Source: Anaeromyxobacter sp. | GTDB lineage: Bacteria > Myxococcota > Myxococcia > Myxococcales > Anaeromyxobacteraceae | Assembly (NCBI GenBank): GCA_049840735.1 | Contig: JASGJN010000020.1 | Coordinates: 224,001-288,000, forward strand | Reading direction: 5' to 3' | Length of the DNA: 64,000 nucleotides | Shown here: in pieces, positions 11,245 to 27,410 of the stretch | Numbering within the stretch: the first letter of the stretch is position 1 | Layout: every line of letters starts with the position of its first letter | Made by a program: the position numbers and the translations under genes | The notes under the pieces: model-generated | Seen by the model: only the letters and a program-made list of their open reading frames with translations | Told to the model about the DNA's origin: nothing | Databases searched by the model: none

Positions 11245-12600
11245 TCATGCGTTGACCGCAGAGCCGGTCGTCATCCGCCGCCCGCGGATCCGCGGGCCGC
11301 GCGGCCCGGTGAACCCTTCGTAGTGGCGCGTGATGAGGTGGCCCTCGATCTGCTGGACCGTGTCGAGCGCGACGCCGACCACGATGAGGAGCGACGTGCC
11401 GCCGAAGTAGAACGGGACGTTGTACTCGTTCATCAGCACCGTGGGCAGCACGCAGACGGCGGACAGGTAGACGGCGCCGCCGAAGGTGATGCGCGAGAGC
11501 ACGTGGTCGATGTGCTCCGCGGTGGCGCGGCCCGGCCGGATGCCCGGGATGTAGCCGCCGTACTTCTTGAGGTTGTCCGCCACGTCGACCGGGTTGAAGG
11601 TCACCGCCGTGTAGAAGTAGGCGAAGAAGATGACCAGGGCGACGAAGATGGTGTTGTAGATCCAGGTCCCGGTGTGCAGCTCGGCCCCGACGGCCGCCAT
11701 CCCGGGGATGAAGCCGGCGATGGTGGTGGGGAGGAGCAGCAGCGAGGAGGCGAAGATGGGCGGGATCACGCCCGAGGTGTTGACCTTGAGCGGCAGCCAG
11801 GTGGACTGCCCGCCGTAGAGCTTCCGGCCCACCATCCGCTTGGCGTACTGCACCGGGATGCGCCGCTGGCCGCGCTCGACGAAGACGATGAGCGCGACGA
11901 CCAGCACCATCACCGCCGCCAGCAGGATGAGCTTGGTCGGGCCGAAGGTGTCGCCCGACCGCGAGTTCATGCTGCGGAAGAACGTGCCCGCCGCGTTGGG
12001 GATGCGGGCCACGATCCCGGCGAAGATGATGAGCGAGATGCCGTTGCCGACGCCGCGCTCGGTGATCTGCTCGCCCATCCACATGATGAAGGCCGTGCCC
12101 GCGGCGAGCGAGACCATGGTCATCAGGCGGAACGGCCAGCCCGGCTCCGCCACCACCGGGATGCCGGTGAGCGGCGAGACCTGGCCCTCGAGCAGCTGGG
12201 CGGCGATGCCGTAGCCCTGGACCGCGGAGAGGACCACCGTCAGGTAGCGCGTGTACTGGGTGATCTTGCGCCGCCCCAGCTCGCCCTCCTTCTGGAGGGC
12301 CTCCAGCTTCGGCACGACCACCGTCAGCAGCTGCAGGATGATCGACGCCGAGACGTACGGCATGATGCCCAGGGCGAAGATCGAGAGCTGCTCGAACGCG
12401 CCGCCGGAGAAGAAGTTGAAGAGCCCGAGGTAGCCCGAGCCCTGGCCGGCCATGACGTCGTGCATCGCCCGCCGGTCCACGCCGGGGGTCGTCACGTAGA
12501 TGCCGAGCCGGTAGACGGCCAGCATGCCCAGCGAGAAGAGCAGCCGCTTCCGGAGCTCGGAGATGCGGAAGATGTTGATGAGCCCGCTCACAGCAGACAT
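11245..12600 (-). CDS. secY: preprotein translocase subunit SecY
   Basis: [50 protein letters not shown]. Confidence 0.98.
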   Translation of the reverse strand: MSAVSGLINIFRISELRKRLLFSLGMLAVYRLGIYVTTPGVDRRAMHDVMAGQGSGYLGLFNFFSGGAFEQLSIFALGIMPYVSASIILQLLTVVVPKLEALQKEGELGRRKITQYTRYLTVVLSAVQGYGIAAQLLEGQVSPLTGIPVVAEPGWPFRLMTMVSLAAGTAFIMWMGEQITERGVGNGISLIIFAGIVARIPNAAGTFFRSMNSRSGDTFGPTKLILLAAVMVLVVALIVFVERGQRRIPVQYAKRMVGRKLYGGQSTWLPLKVNTSGVIPPIFASSLLLLPTTIAGFIPGMAAVGAELHTGTWIYNTIFVALVIFFAYFYTAVTFNPVDVADNLKKYGGYIPGIRPGRATAEHIDHVLSRITFGGAVYLSAVCVLPTVLMNEYNVPFYFGGTSLLIVVGVALDTVQQIEGHLITRHYEGFTGPRGPRIRGRRMTTGSAVNA

Positions 12601-12661
12601 GCGCGTCCCTTTCGCCCCAGACCCAGGCCCGCCCTGACTGCGCGGGCCCCCCTGCCCGCCC

Positions 12662-13162
12662 TTACTTCGCCGCCCCGGCCGCCGCCTTCTTCGCGGCCTT
12701 GGCCTTCTGGTACATCGTCACCGGCGCCGGAACGAGCTCCACCTTGCCGCCCGCGCCCTCGATGGTGGCGCGCGCGCTGGCGGTGATCCGGTCGACCTTG
12801 ACGGTCACGGCGCCCTTCAGCTCGCCGCCGCCGATGACGACCACGCCGTCCCGGTTCCCGCGGATGAGCTTGGCGGCCTTGAGCGCCGCGGCGTCCAGCG
12901 TGCCGGTCAGGCCCTCGAGGTCACCCACCTTGACCTCCTCGAGGTCGCGGCGGAAGTTGTTCTTGAAGCCGAACTTCGGGAGGCGGCGCTGCAGCGGCAT
13001 CTGGCCGCCTTCGAACCCCTCGAAGTGCATGTTGCCCGAGCGGGCCTTCTGGCCCTTGCCGCCGCGGCCGGCGGTCTTGCCGAGGCCGGAGGCCTGGCCG
13101 CGGCCGACGCGGGTCTTCGGGCGGGACGCGCCCTTGGGCGCCTTGAGCTTGGAAAGCGACAT
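12662..13162 (-). CDS. rplO: 50S ribosomal protein L15
   Basis: [41 protein letters not shown]. Confidence 0.97.
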   Translation of the reverse strand: MSLSKLKAPKGASRPKTRVGRGQASGLGKTAGRGGKGQKARSGNMHFEGFEGGQMPLQRRLPKFGFKNNFRRDLEEVKVGDLEGLTGTLDAAALKAAKLIRGNRDGVVVIGGGELKGAVTVKVDRITASARATIEGAGGKVELVPAPVTMYQKAKAAKKAAAGAAK

Positions 13163-13200
13163 GGTTGAGGTCCCTCTTCTATCTCAGGGGTGCAGCCCTG

Positions 13201-13434
13201 TCACTGCCGGGCTGCGGCGGACTTGCGGGCCTTGCGGCCGGCAGGCGGAGCGGCGTCGACCCGCTCCCACTCGACCAGGTAAGCGACCTTCGCGATCATG
13301 CCCAGCGTCTGGGGCGTGTCGGGGAGGAGCTTGGTCGAGTCGCGCTTCTTGAGGCCGAGGCCAGCGACGATGACCCGGTGCGGCGCGGGGCAGCCCGCGA
13401 GGCCGCGGACGAGCTTCACCTTGATGGCAGCCAT
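13201..13434 (-). CDS. rpmD: 50S ribosomal protein L30
   Basis: IKVKLVRG...LGLKK....LPDTPQTLGMIAKVAYLV; sits between rpsE and rplO. Confidence 0.93.
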   Translation of the reverse strand: MAAIKVKLVRGLAGCPAPHRVIVAGLGLKKRDSTKLLPDTPQTLGMIAKVAYLVEWERVDAAPPAGRKARKSAAARQ

Positions 13435-13443
13435 GGATCTCTC

Positions 13444-13947
13444 CTAACCCGTGATCTCGGCGGCCTGCTTGCCGCGGAGCCGGGCGCTGTCCTCGATCGA
13501 GCGGAGCCGCTTGAGGCCGGCGATGGTCGCCTTCAGGACGTTGTGGGGGTTGCGCGAGCCCTGGCACTTGGTGAGCACGTTGCGGATGCCAGCGGCCTCG
13601 AGGACGGCGCGGACGGCGCCGCCGGCGATGACGCCGGTACCCTCGCCCGCCGGCTTCAGCAGGACCCAGCCGGCGCCGAAGTGCCCGAGCACCTCGTGCG
13701 GGATGGTGGTCCCGACCAGCGGGACCTTGAACAGGTTCTTCTTGGCCTGGTCGCCGCCCTTGCGGATCGCCTCGGGGACCTCGTTCGCCTTCCCCAGGCC
13801 CACGCCGACGTGGCCGTTGCCGTCGCCGACGACGACGAGCGCCGAGAAGCTGAACCGCCGGCCGCCCTTCACCACCTTGGCGACACGGTTGATGTGGACG
13901 ACCTTGTCCTGCAGCTCGAGCTCGTTTGCGTTGATGGGAGTAGCCAT
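13444..13947 (-). CDS. rpsE: 30S ribosomal protein S5
   Basis: [35 protein letters not shown]. Confidence 0.98.
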   Translation of the reverse strand: MATPINANELELQDKVVHINRVAKVVKGGRRFSFSALVVVGDGNGHVGVGLGKANEVPEAIRKGGDQAKKNLFKVPLVGTTIPHEVLGHFGAGWVLLKPAGEGTGVIAGGAVRAVLEAAGIRNVLTKCQGSRNPHNVLKATIAGLKRLRSIEDSARLRGKQAAEITG

Positions 13948-13971
13948 TCGATTCCTCGCCCTTTCAGGCGG

Positions 13972-14331
13972 CTAGAACTTCAGCCCCGCCTCGCGCGCCG
14001 CGGCGGCGACGGCCTGGATGCGGCCGTGGTAGTCGAACCCGTTCCGGTCGAAGACGACCGCCTCGATGCCCTTGTCCTTGGCGGCCCTGGCGAGCGCCTC
14101 GCCCACCTTCTTGGCGGCGGCGGTCTTGTCGTCCTCCTTCACCTCGGCCTTGAGGGCCTTCGAGGTGGTGGAGACCGACACCAGGGTCTTGCCCGTCGTG
14201 TCGTCGACGAGCTGGGCGTACATGTGCTTGAGGCTCTTGTAGACCGTGAGGCGCGGACGGGCCGCGGTCCCCGAGATCTTCCTGCGGATGCGGGCCTTGC
14301 GCTTCTCGCGCGGGGTCGTATGCGTCGCCAT
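13972..14331 (-). CDS. rplR: 50S ribosomal protein L18
   Basis: [27 protein letters not shown]. Confidence 0.97.
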   Translation of the reverse strand: MATHTTPREKRKARIRRKISGTAARPRLTVYKSLKHMYAQLVDDTTGKTLVSVSTTSKALKAEVKEDDKTAAAKKVGEALARAAKDKGIEAVVFDRNGFDYHGRIQAVAAAAREAGLKF

Positions 14332-14396
14332 GGGCGTCCTCCTTGCGGCGGCGACGGCTCAGCCGCCGCATGAGATGTGGGGTTGAGACCGGCCGA

Positions 14397-14939
14397 CTAC
14401 GCGGCGCCGGTCTTGCCTTCCTTGCGGCGGATGGTCTCCTCCGCGTACTTGATGCCCTTGCCCTTGTACGGCTCGGGCGGGCGGAGGGCGCGGATCTTGG
14501 CCGCGGTGAGGCCGAGCAGGTGCTTGTCCACGGCCTTGACCGTGATCTTGGTCTGCTTGGCGTCGACCTCGGCGGTCACGCCCTCGGGGAGCTTGAAGAC
14601 GATCGGGTGGGAGAAGCCCAGCGTGAAGTGGATGTCCTTCCCCTTCACCTCGGCCTTGAAGCCGACGCCGCTGATCTCGAGGCCGCGCTCGTAGCCCTTC
14701 ACGACGCCCTCGACGGCGTTCTTCACGAGCGTGCGGGTGAGGCCGTGCAGGCCCCGCGCCTCGCGCGTCTCGTCCGGGCGGGAGACCTTCACCTCGCCCT
14801 TCTCCACCTGGACACCGACCTTGGGGTTGAAGGGGAAGGACATCTTGCCCTTCGGACCCTCGACCTTCACCACGTTGCCGTCCACGGAGACCTTGACCTT
14901 CTCCGGGATCTTGACGGGCATCTTGCCGACACGGGACAT
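14397..14939 (-). CDS. rplF: 50S ribosomal protein L6
   Basis: MSRVGKMPV, RPPEPYKGKGIKY. Confidence 0.98.
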   Translation of the reverse strand: MSRVGKMPVKIPEKVKVSVDGNVVKVEGPKGKMSFPFNPKVGVQVEKGEVKVSRPDETREARGLHGLTRTLVKNAVEGVVKGYERGLEISGVGFKAEVKGKDIHFTLGFSHPIVFKLPEGVTAEVDAKQTKITVKAVDKHLLGLTAAKIRALRPPEPYKGKGIKYAEETIRRKEGKTGAA

Positions 14940-14949
14940 GGTCGTTCCT

Positions 14950-15348
14950 CTACCAGACGGTGCAGATCAGCTCGCCGCCGACCTTCTGCTTGCGGGCCTC
15001 GCGATCGACCATCACGCCCTTGGACGTGGAGAGGATCGCAATCCCCATCCCGTTCAACACGCGCGGGATGGAGTCGGTGGGGACGTAGCGGCGCAGCCCG
15101 GGCTTCGAGACGCGCTTGATGTCGCTGATCGCGGGTTCACGATCGGCGCTGTACTTGAGCATGATGGTGATGGCGCCCTGGGGGCCCTCGTCGTGGATGA
15201 CGAAGTCCTTGATGAAGCCCTCCTCGCGGAGGACCTCGGCGATGCGGATCTTGAGGCCGGAGCGGGGGACCAGCACCTTCTCGTGACGCGCCGCAGAAGC
15301 GTTGCGGATGCGCGTCAGCATGTCGCCAACGGGATCGGTGAAGCTCAT
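14950..15348 (-). CDS. rpsH: 30S ribosomal protein S8
   Basis: [34 protein letters not shown]. Confidence 0.98.
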   Translation of the reverse strand: MSFTDPVGDMLTRIRNASAARHEKVLVPRSGLKIRIAEVLREEGFIKDFVIHDEGPQGAITIMLKYSADREPAISDIKRVSKPGLRRYVPTDSIPRVLNGMGIAILSTSKGVMVDREARKQKVGGELICTVW

Positions 15349-15361
15349 CGCGCGGTCTCCC

Positions 15362-15547
15362 TTACCAGCTCGACTTGATGACGCCGGTGATCTCGCCCTG
15401 CAGCGCGCGCTTGCGGAAGCAGATGCGGCACATCTGGAACTTGCGCAGGAACGCCCGGGGACGACCGCAGAGCGGGCAGCGGTTGTACTGGCGGACGCCG
15501 AACTTCAGCTTGCGCTTCGCCTGCGCCATCTTGGAAAGCTTGGCCAT
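15362..15547 (-). CDS. rpsN: 30S ribosomal protein S14 type Z
   Basis: 61 aa, [10 protein letters not shown]...MCRICFR, four-Cys zinc form. Confidence 0.97.
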   Translation of the reverse strand: MAKLSKMAQAKRKLKFGVRQYNRCPLCGRPRAFLRKFQMCRICFRKRALQGEITGVIKSSW

Positions 15548-15558
15548 GGTCTCTTCCT

Positions 15559-16101
15559 TTACTGACGGAACGGCATGCCGAGGTGGCGAAGGAGCGCTCG
15601 GCCCTCCTCGTCGTTCCGGGCGGTGGTCACCACCGTGATGTTCAGCCCCTTGATGCGCTCGACCTTGTCGTAGTTGATCTCGGGGAAGATGATCTGCTCG
15701 CGGACGCCCAGGGTGTAGTTGCCCTTGCCGTCGAAGGCCTTGGGCGACACGCCCTTGAAGTCGCGCACGCGCGGGAGCGCGATGGAGACCAGGCGGTCGA
15801 AGAACTCGTACATGCGGTCGCCGCGCAGGGTGACCATCGCGCCGATGGACTGGCCCTGACGCAGCTTGAAGTTGGCGATCGACTTGCGGGCCTTGGTCAC
15901 GACCGGCTTCTGGCCGGTGATGGAGGCCAGCTGCTCGACGGAGGCGTCGATGATCTTGCCGTTGTTGATCGCCTCGCCGAGGCCCATGTTCACCACGATC
16001 TTCTCGAGGCGGGGGGCCTGCATCGGGTTCTTGAACCCGAGCTCCTTCATCAGCTCGGCCCGGACGTCCTTCTCGTACCGGTCCTTCAGACGCGCTGCCA
16101 T
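15559..16101 (-). CDS. rplE: 50S ribosomal protein L5
   Basis: [31 protein letters not shown]. Confidence 0.98.
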   Translation of the reverse strand: MAARLKDRYEKDVRAELMKELGFKNPMQAPRLEKIVVNMGLGEAINNGKIIDASVEQLASITGQKPVVTKARKSIANFKLRQGQSIGAMVTLRGDRMYEFFDRLVSIALPRVRDFKGVSPKAFDGKGNYTLGVREQIIFPEINYDKVERIKGLNITVVTTARNDEEGRALLRHLGMPFRQ

Positions 16102-16258
16102 CGTGCTCTCCTTGCCTTCGGCCGGCCGCTGCTCGTGCCGGGCGATGCGTTGACCTGCGTTTCCCGTCCGCCCTGAGCCTGGCGAGCGGCGTCTCCGCCG
16201 GCGTGGGCCGGGTCGGGCGGTGTACCCCTACCCGGCCCGAAACGCCAGTTTTCCTTCG

Positions 16259-16574
16259 CTACCGGGCCGCCTTGCGCTTCTCGGCCCGGGCCTTCTCCTT
16301 GGCGCCGAGCTCCCGGCCGATCTTCTCGCGCCGGACCGGCTCCCCGTCCTTGACGACCAGGACGTTGGAGAGGGCGATGGTCCCTTCCTTCTCCATGATC
16401 CCCGCCCTCGGGCGTGGCCTGGCTGCGGCCCTTCTTCGTGTGCCGCTTGACGACCATCAGCTTCTCGATCCGGACCCGGCCCTTCTCCTTCAGGACCTCC
16501 AGGACCCGGCCGCTCTTCCCCTTCTCCTTGCCGGAGATGACCTGGACGGTGTCGCCCTTGCGAATGGACGGCAT
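16259..16574 (-). CDS. rplX: 50S ribosomal protein L24 (+1 frameshift at ~16401)
   Basis: [19 protein letters not shown]; after one extra G in GGGGATC it continues [13 protein letters not shown] to TAG at 16259. Confidence 0.93.
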
Positions 16575-16576
16575 GG

Positions 16577-16945
<369 letters not shown>

Positions 16946-16947
16946 GA

Positions 16948-17208
16948 CTAGACCTCCGCCGCCTTCTCGAGGGTCTCAGCGACGCGCCAGCGCTTGTCCT
17001 TCGAGAGCGGGCGGGTCTCGACGATCCGCACGCGGTCGCCGATCTGGCACTCCTGCTTCTCGTCGTGCGCCTTGTACTTCTCGGCCTTGGTCACGATCTT
17101 GCCGTACTTCCGGTCCGCGACCCGGCGCTCGACCTTGACGACCACGGTCTTGGTCATCTTGTTCGAGACGACCACGCCGATGCGGGACTTGCGGTTGCCG
17201 CGCTCCAT
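16948..17208 (-). CDS. rpsQ: 30S ribosomal protein S17
   Basis: [35 protein letters not shown] 8 nt after AAGGAG. Confidence 0.96.
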   Translation of the reverse strand: MERGNRKSRIGVVVSNKMTKTVVVKVERRVADRKYGKIVTKAEKYKAHDEKQECQIGDRVRIVETRPLSKDKRWRVAETLEKAAEV

Positions 17209-17213
17209 GTCGG

Positions 17214-17435
17214 TCACTCCTTCGCCTGCCCGGCCTTCGCCGCGGCGAGATCCTTCTCGCGAGCCACGGTCAGGCAGCGCGCGATGTCCCGCTTGGTGTT
17301 GGTCAGGTCGGCGGTCGAGTCGAGCACGCCGGTGTGGGCCTTGCTCTTGAGGTCGAAGAGCTTCTGCTTGAGCTCGGCGGCGCGGGCCACCAGCTCCTGG
17401 GACGAGAGCTGACGCAGCTCCTGGATGGTCGCCAT
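17214..17435 (-). CDS. rpmC: 50S ribosomal protein L29
   Basis: [18 protein letters not shown]; sits between rplP and rpsQ. Confidence 0.94.
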   Translation of the reverse strand: MATIQELRQLSSQELVARAAELKQKLFDLKSKAHTGVLDSTADLTNTKRDIARCLTVAREKDLAAAKAGQAKE

Positions 17436-17444
17436 CGGTTCCTC

Positions 17445-17861
17445 CTAGAGCGTCGTGCCGCGCTTCACCATCTTGGTGGCGACGGGCAGCTTGTGGGCGG
17501 CGAGGTGGAACGCCTTCTTGGCGATGGCGTCGTCCACGCCGGACATCTCGTAGAGGATCCGGCCCGGCTTGATCACCGCGACGTAGTACTCCACGTTGCC
17601 CTTGCCGGTACCCATTCGGGTCTCAGCGGGCTTCTTGGTGATGGGCTTGTCCGGGAAGATGCGGATCCAGAGCTTCCCGCCCCGCTTCACGTAGCGGGTG
17701 ATGGCGACGCGGGCGGCCTCGATCTGGCGGGCCGTCAGGAAACCGCACTCGGTCGCCTGCAGGCCGTACTCGCCCTGGTTGAGGTCGGAGCCACGGTACG
17801 CCTTGCCGCGCATGCGGCCCTTCATCATCTTGCGGTACTTCGTTCGCGCCGGCTGAAGCAT
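17445..17861 (-). CDS. rplP: 50S ribosomal protein L16
   Basis: [27 protein letters not shown]. Confidence 0.98.
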   Translation of the reverse strand: MLQPARTKYRKMMKGRMRGKAYRGSDLNQGEYGLQATECGFLTARQIEAARVAITRYVKRGGKLWIRIFPDKPITKKPAETRMGTGKGNVEYYVAVIKPGRILYEMSGVDDAIAKKAFHLAAHKLPVATKMVKRGTTL

Positions 17862-17894
17862 GTGCGTCTCCTGGTGGTTCTGGGCGCCCGGGCC

Positions 17895-18569
<675 letters not shown>

Positions 18570-18582
18570 TGTGTCTCCTGGG

Positions 18583-19023
18583 CTAGCCGCGGGCGGCGGT
18601 GCCGAGCTCCACGTACACGTGGCTGGTCTTCTTCTCCACGCGGTAGGCGCGCCCCATCGCGCGCGGCATGAACCGCCGCATCTTCGGCCCCTGGTCCACC
18701 GTGAGCGTCTTGACGAACAGCGCGTCGACGTCCACGCGGCCGCCCTTCTGCTCGGCGTTCGCGACCGCCGAGCGGAGGAGCTTCGCCAGCGGCTTGGCGG
18801 CCGCCTGCGAGGTGTACTTCAGGATGGCGAGCGCGTCGCCGACCGGCAGGCCGCGGACGTTGTCGGCCACGAGCCGCACCTTGCGCGGCGCCACCCGGAG
18901 GTAGCTGAGGGAGGCGTGCGGCCCGGGCGGCGGCGCCGCCGGGCGGTTGGGCTTCGAGCGGCGCGCCGGCACGGGCTGGCGCACGCGCTTCGTCGCCTTC
19001 TTCTGGGTCTGGGTCTCGGCCAT
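18583..19023 (-). CDS. rplV: 50S ribosomal protein L22 (with basic/Pro-rich N-terminal extension)
   Basis: [29 protein letters not shown]. Confidence 0.96.
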   Translation of the reverse strand: MAETQTQKKATKRVRQPVPARRSKPNRPAAPPPGPHASLSYLRVAPRKVRLVADNVRGLPVGDALAILKYTSQAAAKPLAKLLRSAVANAEQKGGRVDVDALFVKTLTVDQGPKMRRFMPRAMGRAYRVEKKTSHVYVELGTAARG

Positions 19024-19036
19024 GTTCCGCTCCTCG

Positions 19037-19333
19037 CTACTTCTTCCCGGGCGCCGGCGCCGCCGCGACCTTCTTCTCGGCCGAGTGGCCGTGGAAGGTG
19101 CGGGTCGGCGCGAACTCGCCGAGCTTGTGCCCGACCATGTTCTCGGTCACGAACACCGGGACGAACTTCCGCCCGTTGTGGACCGCGAACGTGTGGCCGA
19201 CGAAGTCCGGCAGGATGGTGCTCCGCCGCGACCAGGTCTTGATGACCGACTTCTTGTTGCCCTTGTTCGCGTCCTCGACCTTCTTGGTGAGGTGCTTGTC
19301 GGCGAACGGGCCCTTCTTGATCGAACGCGCCAT
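19037..19333 (-). CDS. rpsS: 30S ribosomal protein S19
   Basis: [30 protein letters not shown]. Confidence 0.98.
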   Translation of the reverse strand: MARSIKKGPFADKHLTKKVEDANKGNKKSVIKTWSRRSTILPDFVGHTFAVHNGRKFVPVFVTENMVGHKLGEFAPTRTFHGHSAEKKVAAAPAPGKK

Positions 19334-19356
19334 GGTTGGCTATCCCTTTTGGCCCG

Positions 19357-20205
<849 letters not shown>

Positions 20206-20226
20206 GTCAGTCTCCCGTCCCGACCC

Positions 20227-20520
20227 TTACTGCCCCTCGAAGAGGGCGATGGTGTCGCCGTCCTTGAGGGTCACGAGGGCCTTCTTCCAGTTCGGCCGCC
20301 GGCCGATGTTCCGGCCCACGCGCTTGTTCTTGCCGCGCGCGATGGCGGTGCGGACCGCGGTCACCTTCACCTTGTAGAGCGCCTCGACGGCCTGCTTCAC
20401 CTGCACCTTGGTGGCGTCGCGGTGGACCTCGAAGGCGTACTGGTGCGACGCCTCCCGGTTCCGCTCGGCCTTCTCGGTGATGAGCGGGCGCATCACCACG
20501 TCCTGGGGGGAGAGGTTCAC
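20227..20520 (-). CDS. rplW: 50S ribosomal protein L23
   Basis: [30 protein letters not shown] start overlaps the rplD stop. Confidence 0.96.
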   Translation of the reverse strand: MNLSPQDVVMRPLITEKAERNREASHQYAFEVHRDATKVQVKQAVEALYKVKVTAVRTAIARGKNKRVGRNIGRRPNWKKALVTLKDGDTIALFEGQ

Positions 20521-21137
20521 GAGAGCACCTCCTCCAGCTTCTTCGCCGTCTCGGCCGTCAGCACGAGCACGTCGTGCTTCAGGATGTCGTACACGTTGAG
20601 CCCCTCGACCCCGAGGAAGTCGTGGCCGGCCAGGTTGCGCACGCTCTTGGCGAGCGCCTCGTTGGCGGCGGCGTCGACCACCAGGGCCTTCTTCGCGCCC
20701 AGCGCGGCCAGCACCTTGCCGGCGGCGTTGGTCTTCGGCGCGGCGGGCTTCCACTCCTGGACGATCAGCAGCTTGCCGTCCTGGTTGCGGAGCGCGAGGG
20801 CCGAGCGGAGCGCGGCCTTCCGCACCTTCTTCGGCACGTCGTAGCCGTAGTCGCGGGGCTTGGGGCCCATCGCCTTGCCGCCGCCCACCCACTGGGAGGC
20901 GCGGGTCGAGCCCTGGCGGGCGCGGCCGGTGCCCTTCTGCTTGAAGGGCTTCTTGCCGCCGCCGGACACCAGCGACCGGTTCTTGACGGCGTGGGTGCCC
21001 GAGCGATCGGAGGCGAGCTTCGCCTTCACCACCTCGTAGAAGAGGTGCTCGTTCACCTCGCCGGCGAAGACGGCGTCGGCGAGGTCGATCTCGCCCACCT
21101 TCTTCTTCGTGAGGTCGTACACGTCGAACTTGGCCAT
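20517..21137 (-). CDS. rplD: 50S ribosomal protein L4
   Basis: [26 protein letters not shown]. Confidence 0.97.
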   Translation of the reverse strand: MAKFDVYDLTKKKVGEIDLADAVFAGEVNEHLFYEVVKAKLASDRSGTHAVKNRSLVSGGGKKPFKQKGTGRARQGSTRASQWVGGGKAMGPKPRDYGYDVPKKVRKAALRSALALRNQDGKLLIVQEWKPAAPKTNAAGKVLAALGAKKALVVDAAANEALAKSVRNLAGHDFLGVEGLNVYDILKHDVLVLTAETAKKLEEVLS

Positions 21138-21148
21138 GGTGTCCTCGA

Positions 21149-21453
<305 letters not shown>

Positions 21454-21550
21454 CGAAGAGCCTTCTCTCCGTCACTCGGCGCTGCGCGGAGTCTCCCCTG
21501 CCCACGATGCTGCGAGCCGGGAGGCTCCGCCGTTCGCCGTGCGGTGCTAC

Positions 21551-22741
<1,191 letters not shown>

Positions 22742-22774
22742 CTCGCGTCTCCTTCCGTTTCCTGGTGCGGCGCC

Positions 22775-24865
<2,091 letters not shown>

Positions 24866-25012
24866 CTTGTCCTTCCGTCCTTCGTGCGTACGCGAGACCA
24901 GGCCGCCCAATGCGGCGCCGGGACCAACGACCGAGCTGTCAAAGAGCTTCCGGATCCAGCGGATCCGCGGGCCGACCGAGCCGACCCAGCTCCTGTTCTA
25001 ACCGTCCCTTCC

Positions 25013-25483
25013 CTACCAGCGGTAGTGGGCGAAGGCCTTGTTGGCCTCGGCCATCTTGTGGGTGTCTTCCCGCTTCTTCACCGCGTTGCCGCGGTTGTTG
25101 GCGGCGTCGATGATCTCGCCGGCCAGCTTCTCCTGCATCGTCTTCTCGCCGCGACCCTTCGAGTACTCGATGAGCCAGCGCATGGCAAGCGCCGTGCGCC
25201 GATCCTGGCGGACCTCGACCGGGACCTGGTAGGTGGCGCCGCCGACGCGGCGGCTCTTCACCTCGACCACCGGCTTCACGTTGTCGAGGGCCTTCTTGAA
25301 GATCTTGAGCGGATCGTCCTTGAGCTTCTGCTCCACCTGATCGAACGCGCCGTAGATGATGCGCTCGCCAGTGGACTTCTTGCCCTGGCGCATCAGGTTG
25401 TTGACGAACTTGGCGACCACCCGGTCCTGGAACTTGGGATCGGGGAGGATCTTCCGCTTCTCGACTTCGCGACGACGAGGCAT
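25013..25483 (-). CDS. rpsG: 30S ribosomal protein S7
   Basis: [32 protein letters not shown]. Confidence 0.98.
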   Translation of the reverse strand: MPRRREVEKRKILPDPKFQDRVVAKFVNNLMRQGKKSTGERIIYGAFDQVEQKLKDDPLKIFKKALDNVKPVVEVKSRRVGGATYQVPVEVRQDRRTALAMRWLIEYSKGRGEKTMQEKLAGEIIDAANNRGNAVKKREDTHKMAEANKAFAHYRW

Positions 25484-25509
25484 TGAATCGTGTCCTTATC
25501 GGCGGGGGG

Positions 25510-25881
25510 CTAGCTCGGGCGCTTCGCGCCGTACTTCGAGCGGCCCTGCTTGCGGCCCTGGACGCCGACGGCGTCGAGGGTCCCGCGGATGATGTGGTAG
25601 CGAACGCCCGGGAGATCCTTCACGCGGCCCCCGCGGATGAGCACCACCGAGTGCTCCTGCAGGTTGTGGCCCACGCCGGGGATGTAGCTCGTGACCTCGA
25701 AGCCGTTGGTCAGACGGACGCGGGCGACCTTCCGGAGCGCCGAGTTCGGCTTCTTGGGCGTCGTGGTGTAGACGCGCGTGCAGACACCGCGCTTCTGCGG
25801 CGACTCCTTGAGGGCAGGCGCCTTCTTCTTCACCTCGAGCTTCTCGCGCCCCTTGCGCACCAGCTGGCTGATCGTCGGCAT
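25510..25881 (-). CDS. rpsL: 30S ribosomal protein S12
   Basis: [31 protein letters not shown]. Confidence 0.98.
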   Translation of the reverse strand: MPTISQLVRKGREKLEVKKKAPALKESPQKRGVCTRVYTTTPKKPNSALRKVARVRLTNGFEVTSYIPGVGHNLQEHSVVLIRGGRVKDLPGVRYHIIRGTLDAVGVQGRKQGRSKYGAKRPS

Positions 25882-25968
25882 CGTGTGCGAGCTCTTTTTC
25901 CCAGCAAAAACGCCCACCAATTGAAGCACGGGGGCGTTCGTTGAAACATCCCGTCCAGAGGGCGGCGG

Positions 25969-25996
25969 ATTATACGGATCGCCCCCCTCGTGTCAA
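25969..25996 (-). promoter_or_regulatory. consensus sigma70 promoter of the str operon with GC-rich discriminator
   Basis: TTGACA-16 nt-TATAAT-CCGCCGCC on the minus strand. Confidence 0.8.
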
Positions 25997-27208
25997 GGGT
26001 GTTCGTGATCTCGGCGCGCCGGACTCTTTTCGACGCGACGAGGGCGCCCCTTCTACACGATTCCGCCCGCGGTTGCGAGCCCATCCCTGCTTTTTTTCAT
26101 CCGGCGCCGAAGCGGGCGCCTGAAGCGCGTCCAGGACGCTGGCCACCAGCGCCTGCATGGCAGCGGGCAGGCCGGCCCAGGTCAGCGCGGCGAGGGGCAC
26201 CCAGGTCCCGGCGCCGCCCTCCCCCACTCCCCCACCCGCCCTGCAGCGGTAGGCCGCGAGGCGCAGGCGGCGGTGCGTCAGCAACCGCTCGGCCTCGGCC
26301 AGCGGCGCTCCGGCCGATATCGGCCCGCCCCCTGCTCCCTCCGCCCACGCCGCAAGGGCGCGCCGCGCCGCCGCGGCGCTCGCTCCCTCGGCCGCCGGGA
26401 AGGCCCGCAGCCCTGCGAAGAGCCCGCGGGACGGCCGCCGCTCCAGCCACACCGCGCCGCCCCGCTCCACCACCGCACAGGCCAGCCAGAGCGGCTTCGC
26501 CTGCGCCCGCTGCCGCGCCTGCGGGACCTCGCGCTCGGCGCCCGCGCGGCGCGCCTCGCAGCCCCGCGCCAGCGGACAGCGACCGCACGCCGGGGCCGGC
26601 CGCGCACAGACCGTGGCGCCCAGCTCCATCAGCGCCTGGTTCCAGTCCCCCGGCCGCGCCGGGTGCACCAGCGCCGCGGCGAGCGCCTCGAGCCGCGCCC
26701 GGACCTCCGGCCGCGCCGGATCCCCGCGCAGCAGGAAGAGCCTGGCCAGCACGCGCGCCACGTTGCCGTCCACGGCCGCGGCCGGCAGCGCGAAGGCGAT
26801 GGAGGCCACCGCGCCGGCGGTGTACGGGCCGAAGCCCGGCAGCGCGCGCAGGGCCTCGAGCGAGCGCGGCAGGCCGCCGTGCGCCGCCAGCGCGGCCCGC
26901 GCGGCCGCCAGCAGGTTGCGGCAGCGCGCGTAGTAGCCGAGCCCGCTCCAGGCCGCGAAGACCTCGGCGTCGTCGGCCGCGGCCAGCGCCTCCAGCGTGG
27001 GCCAGCGCGCCAGGAAGCGGCGGTAGTACGGCGTGGCGGTGGCCACCTGCGTCTGCTGCAGCATCACCTCCGCCAGCCAGACCCGGTACGGATCGGCGGC
27101 GTGCTGCGGGAAGCGCCAGGGCAGGTCGCGGTGGCCGGCGTCCCACCACGCCAGCAGCTGGCGCTGGAGCGCGGCGCGGCGGGCCGGGGGGAGGACGGGA
27201 GCGGTCAC
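25970..27208 (-). CDS. mutY: A/G-specific adenine glycosylase
   Basis: [41 protein letters not shown], Fe-S motif [10 protein letters not shown]; the 3' tail is uncertain. Confidence 0.92.
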   Translation of the reverse strand: MTAPVLPPARRAALQRQLLAWWDAGHRDLPWRFPQHAADPYRVWLAEVMLQQTQVATATPYYRRFLARWPTLEALAAADDAEVFAAWSGLGYYARCRNLLAAARAALAAHGGLPRSLEALRALPGFGPYTAGAVASIAFALPAAAVDGNVARVLARLFLLRGDPARPEVRARLEALAAALVHPARPGDWNQALMELGATVCARPAPACGRCPLARGCEARRAGAEREVPQARQRAQAKPLWLACAVVERGGAVWLERRPSRGLFAGLRAFPAAEGASAAAARRALAAWAEGAGGGPISAGAPLAEAERLLTHRRLRLAAYRCRAGGGVGEGGAGTWVPLAALTWAGLPAAMQALVASVLDALQAPASAPDEKKQGWARNRGRNRVEGAPSSRRKESGAPRSRTPLTRGGRSV

Positions 27209-27354
27209 GGGCAGGGCTGGCCTCAAGGCCTCGGGTGATCGTCCCCTGGATCCTGCGGAAGCGCAATCGGCGCCTCTCCCGAGCCTGCGGCCGCAGCGTT
27301 GGCCCCATCGCGGCGCCTGACCCCGGCGCCCAGCGACCTCGAGCCCCAGCAGAA

Positions 27355-27385
27355 GGGCCCGGCCCCCGCGAGGGAACCGGGCCCG
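27355..27385 (-). terminator. hairpin downstream of the SOD-family gene
   Basis: GGGCCCGG..CCGGGCCC inverted repeat followed by TTCT on the minus strand. Confidence 0.4.
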
Positions 27386-27410
27386 CCGGCCTGCAGCGCG
27401 GGGCGCGGAC

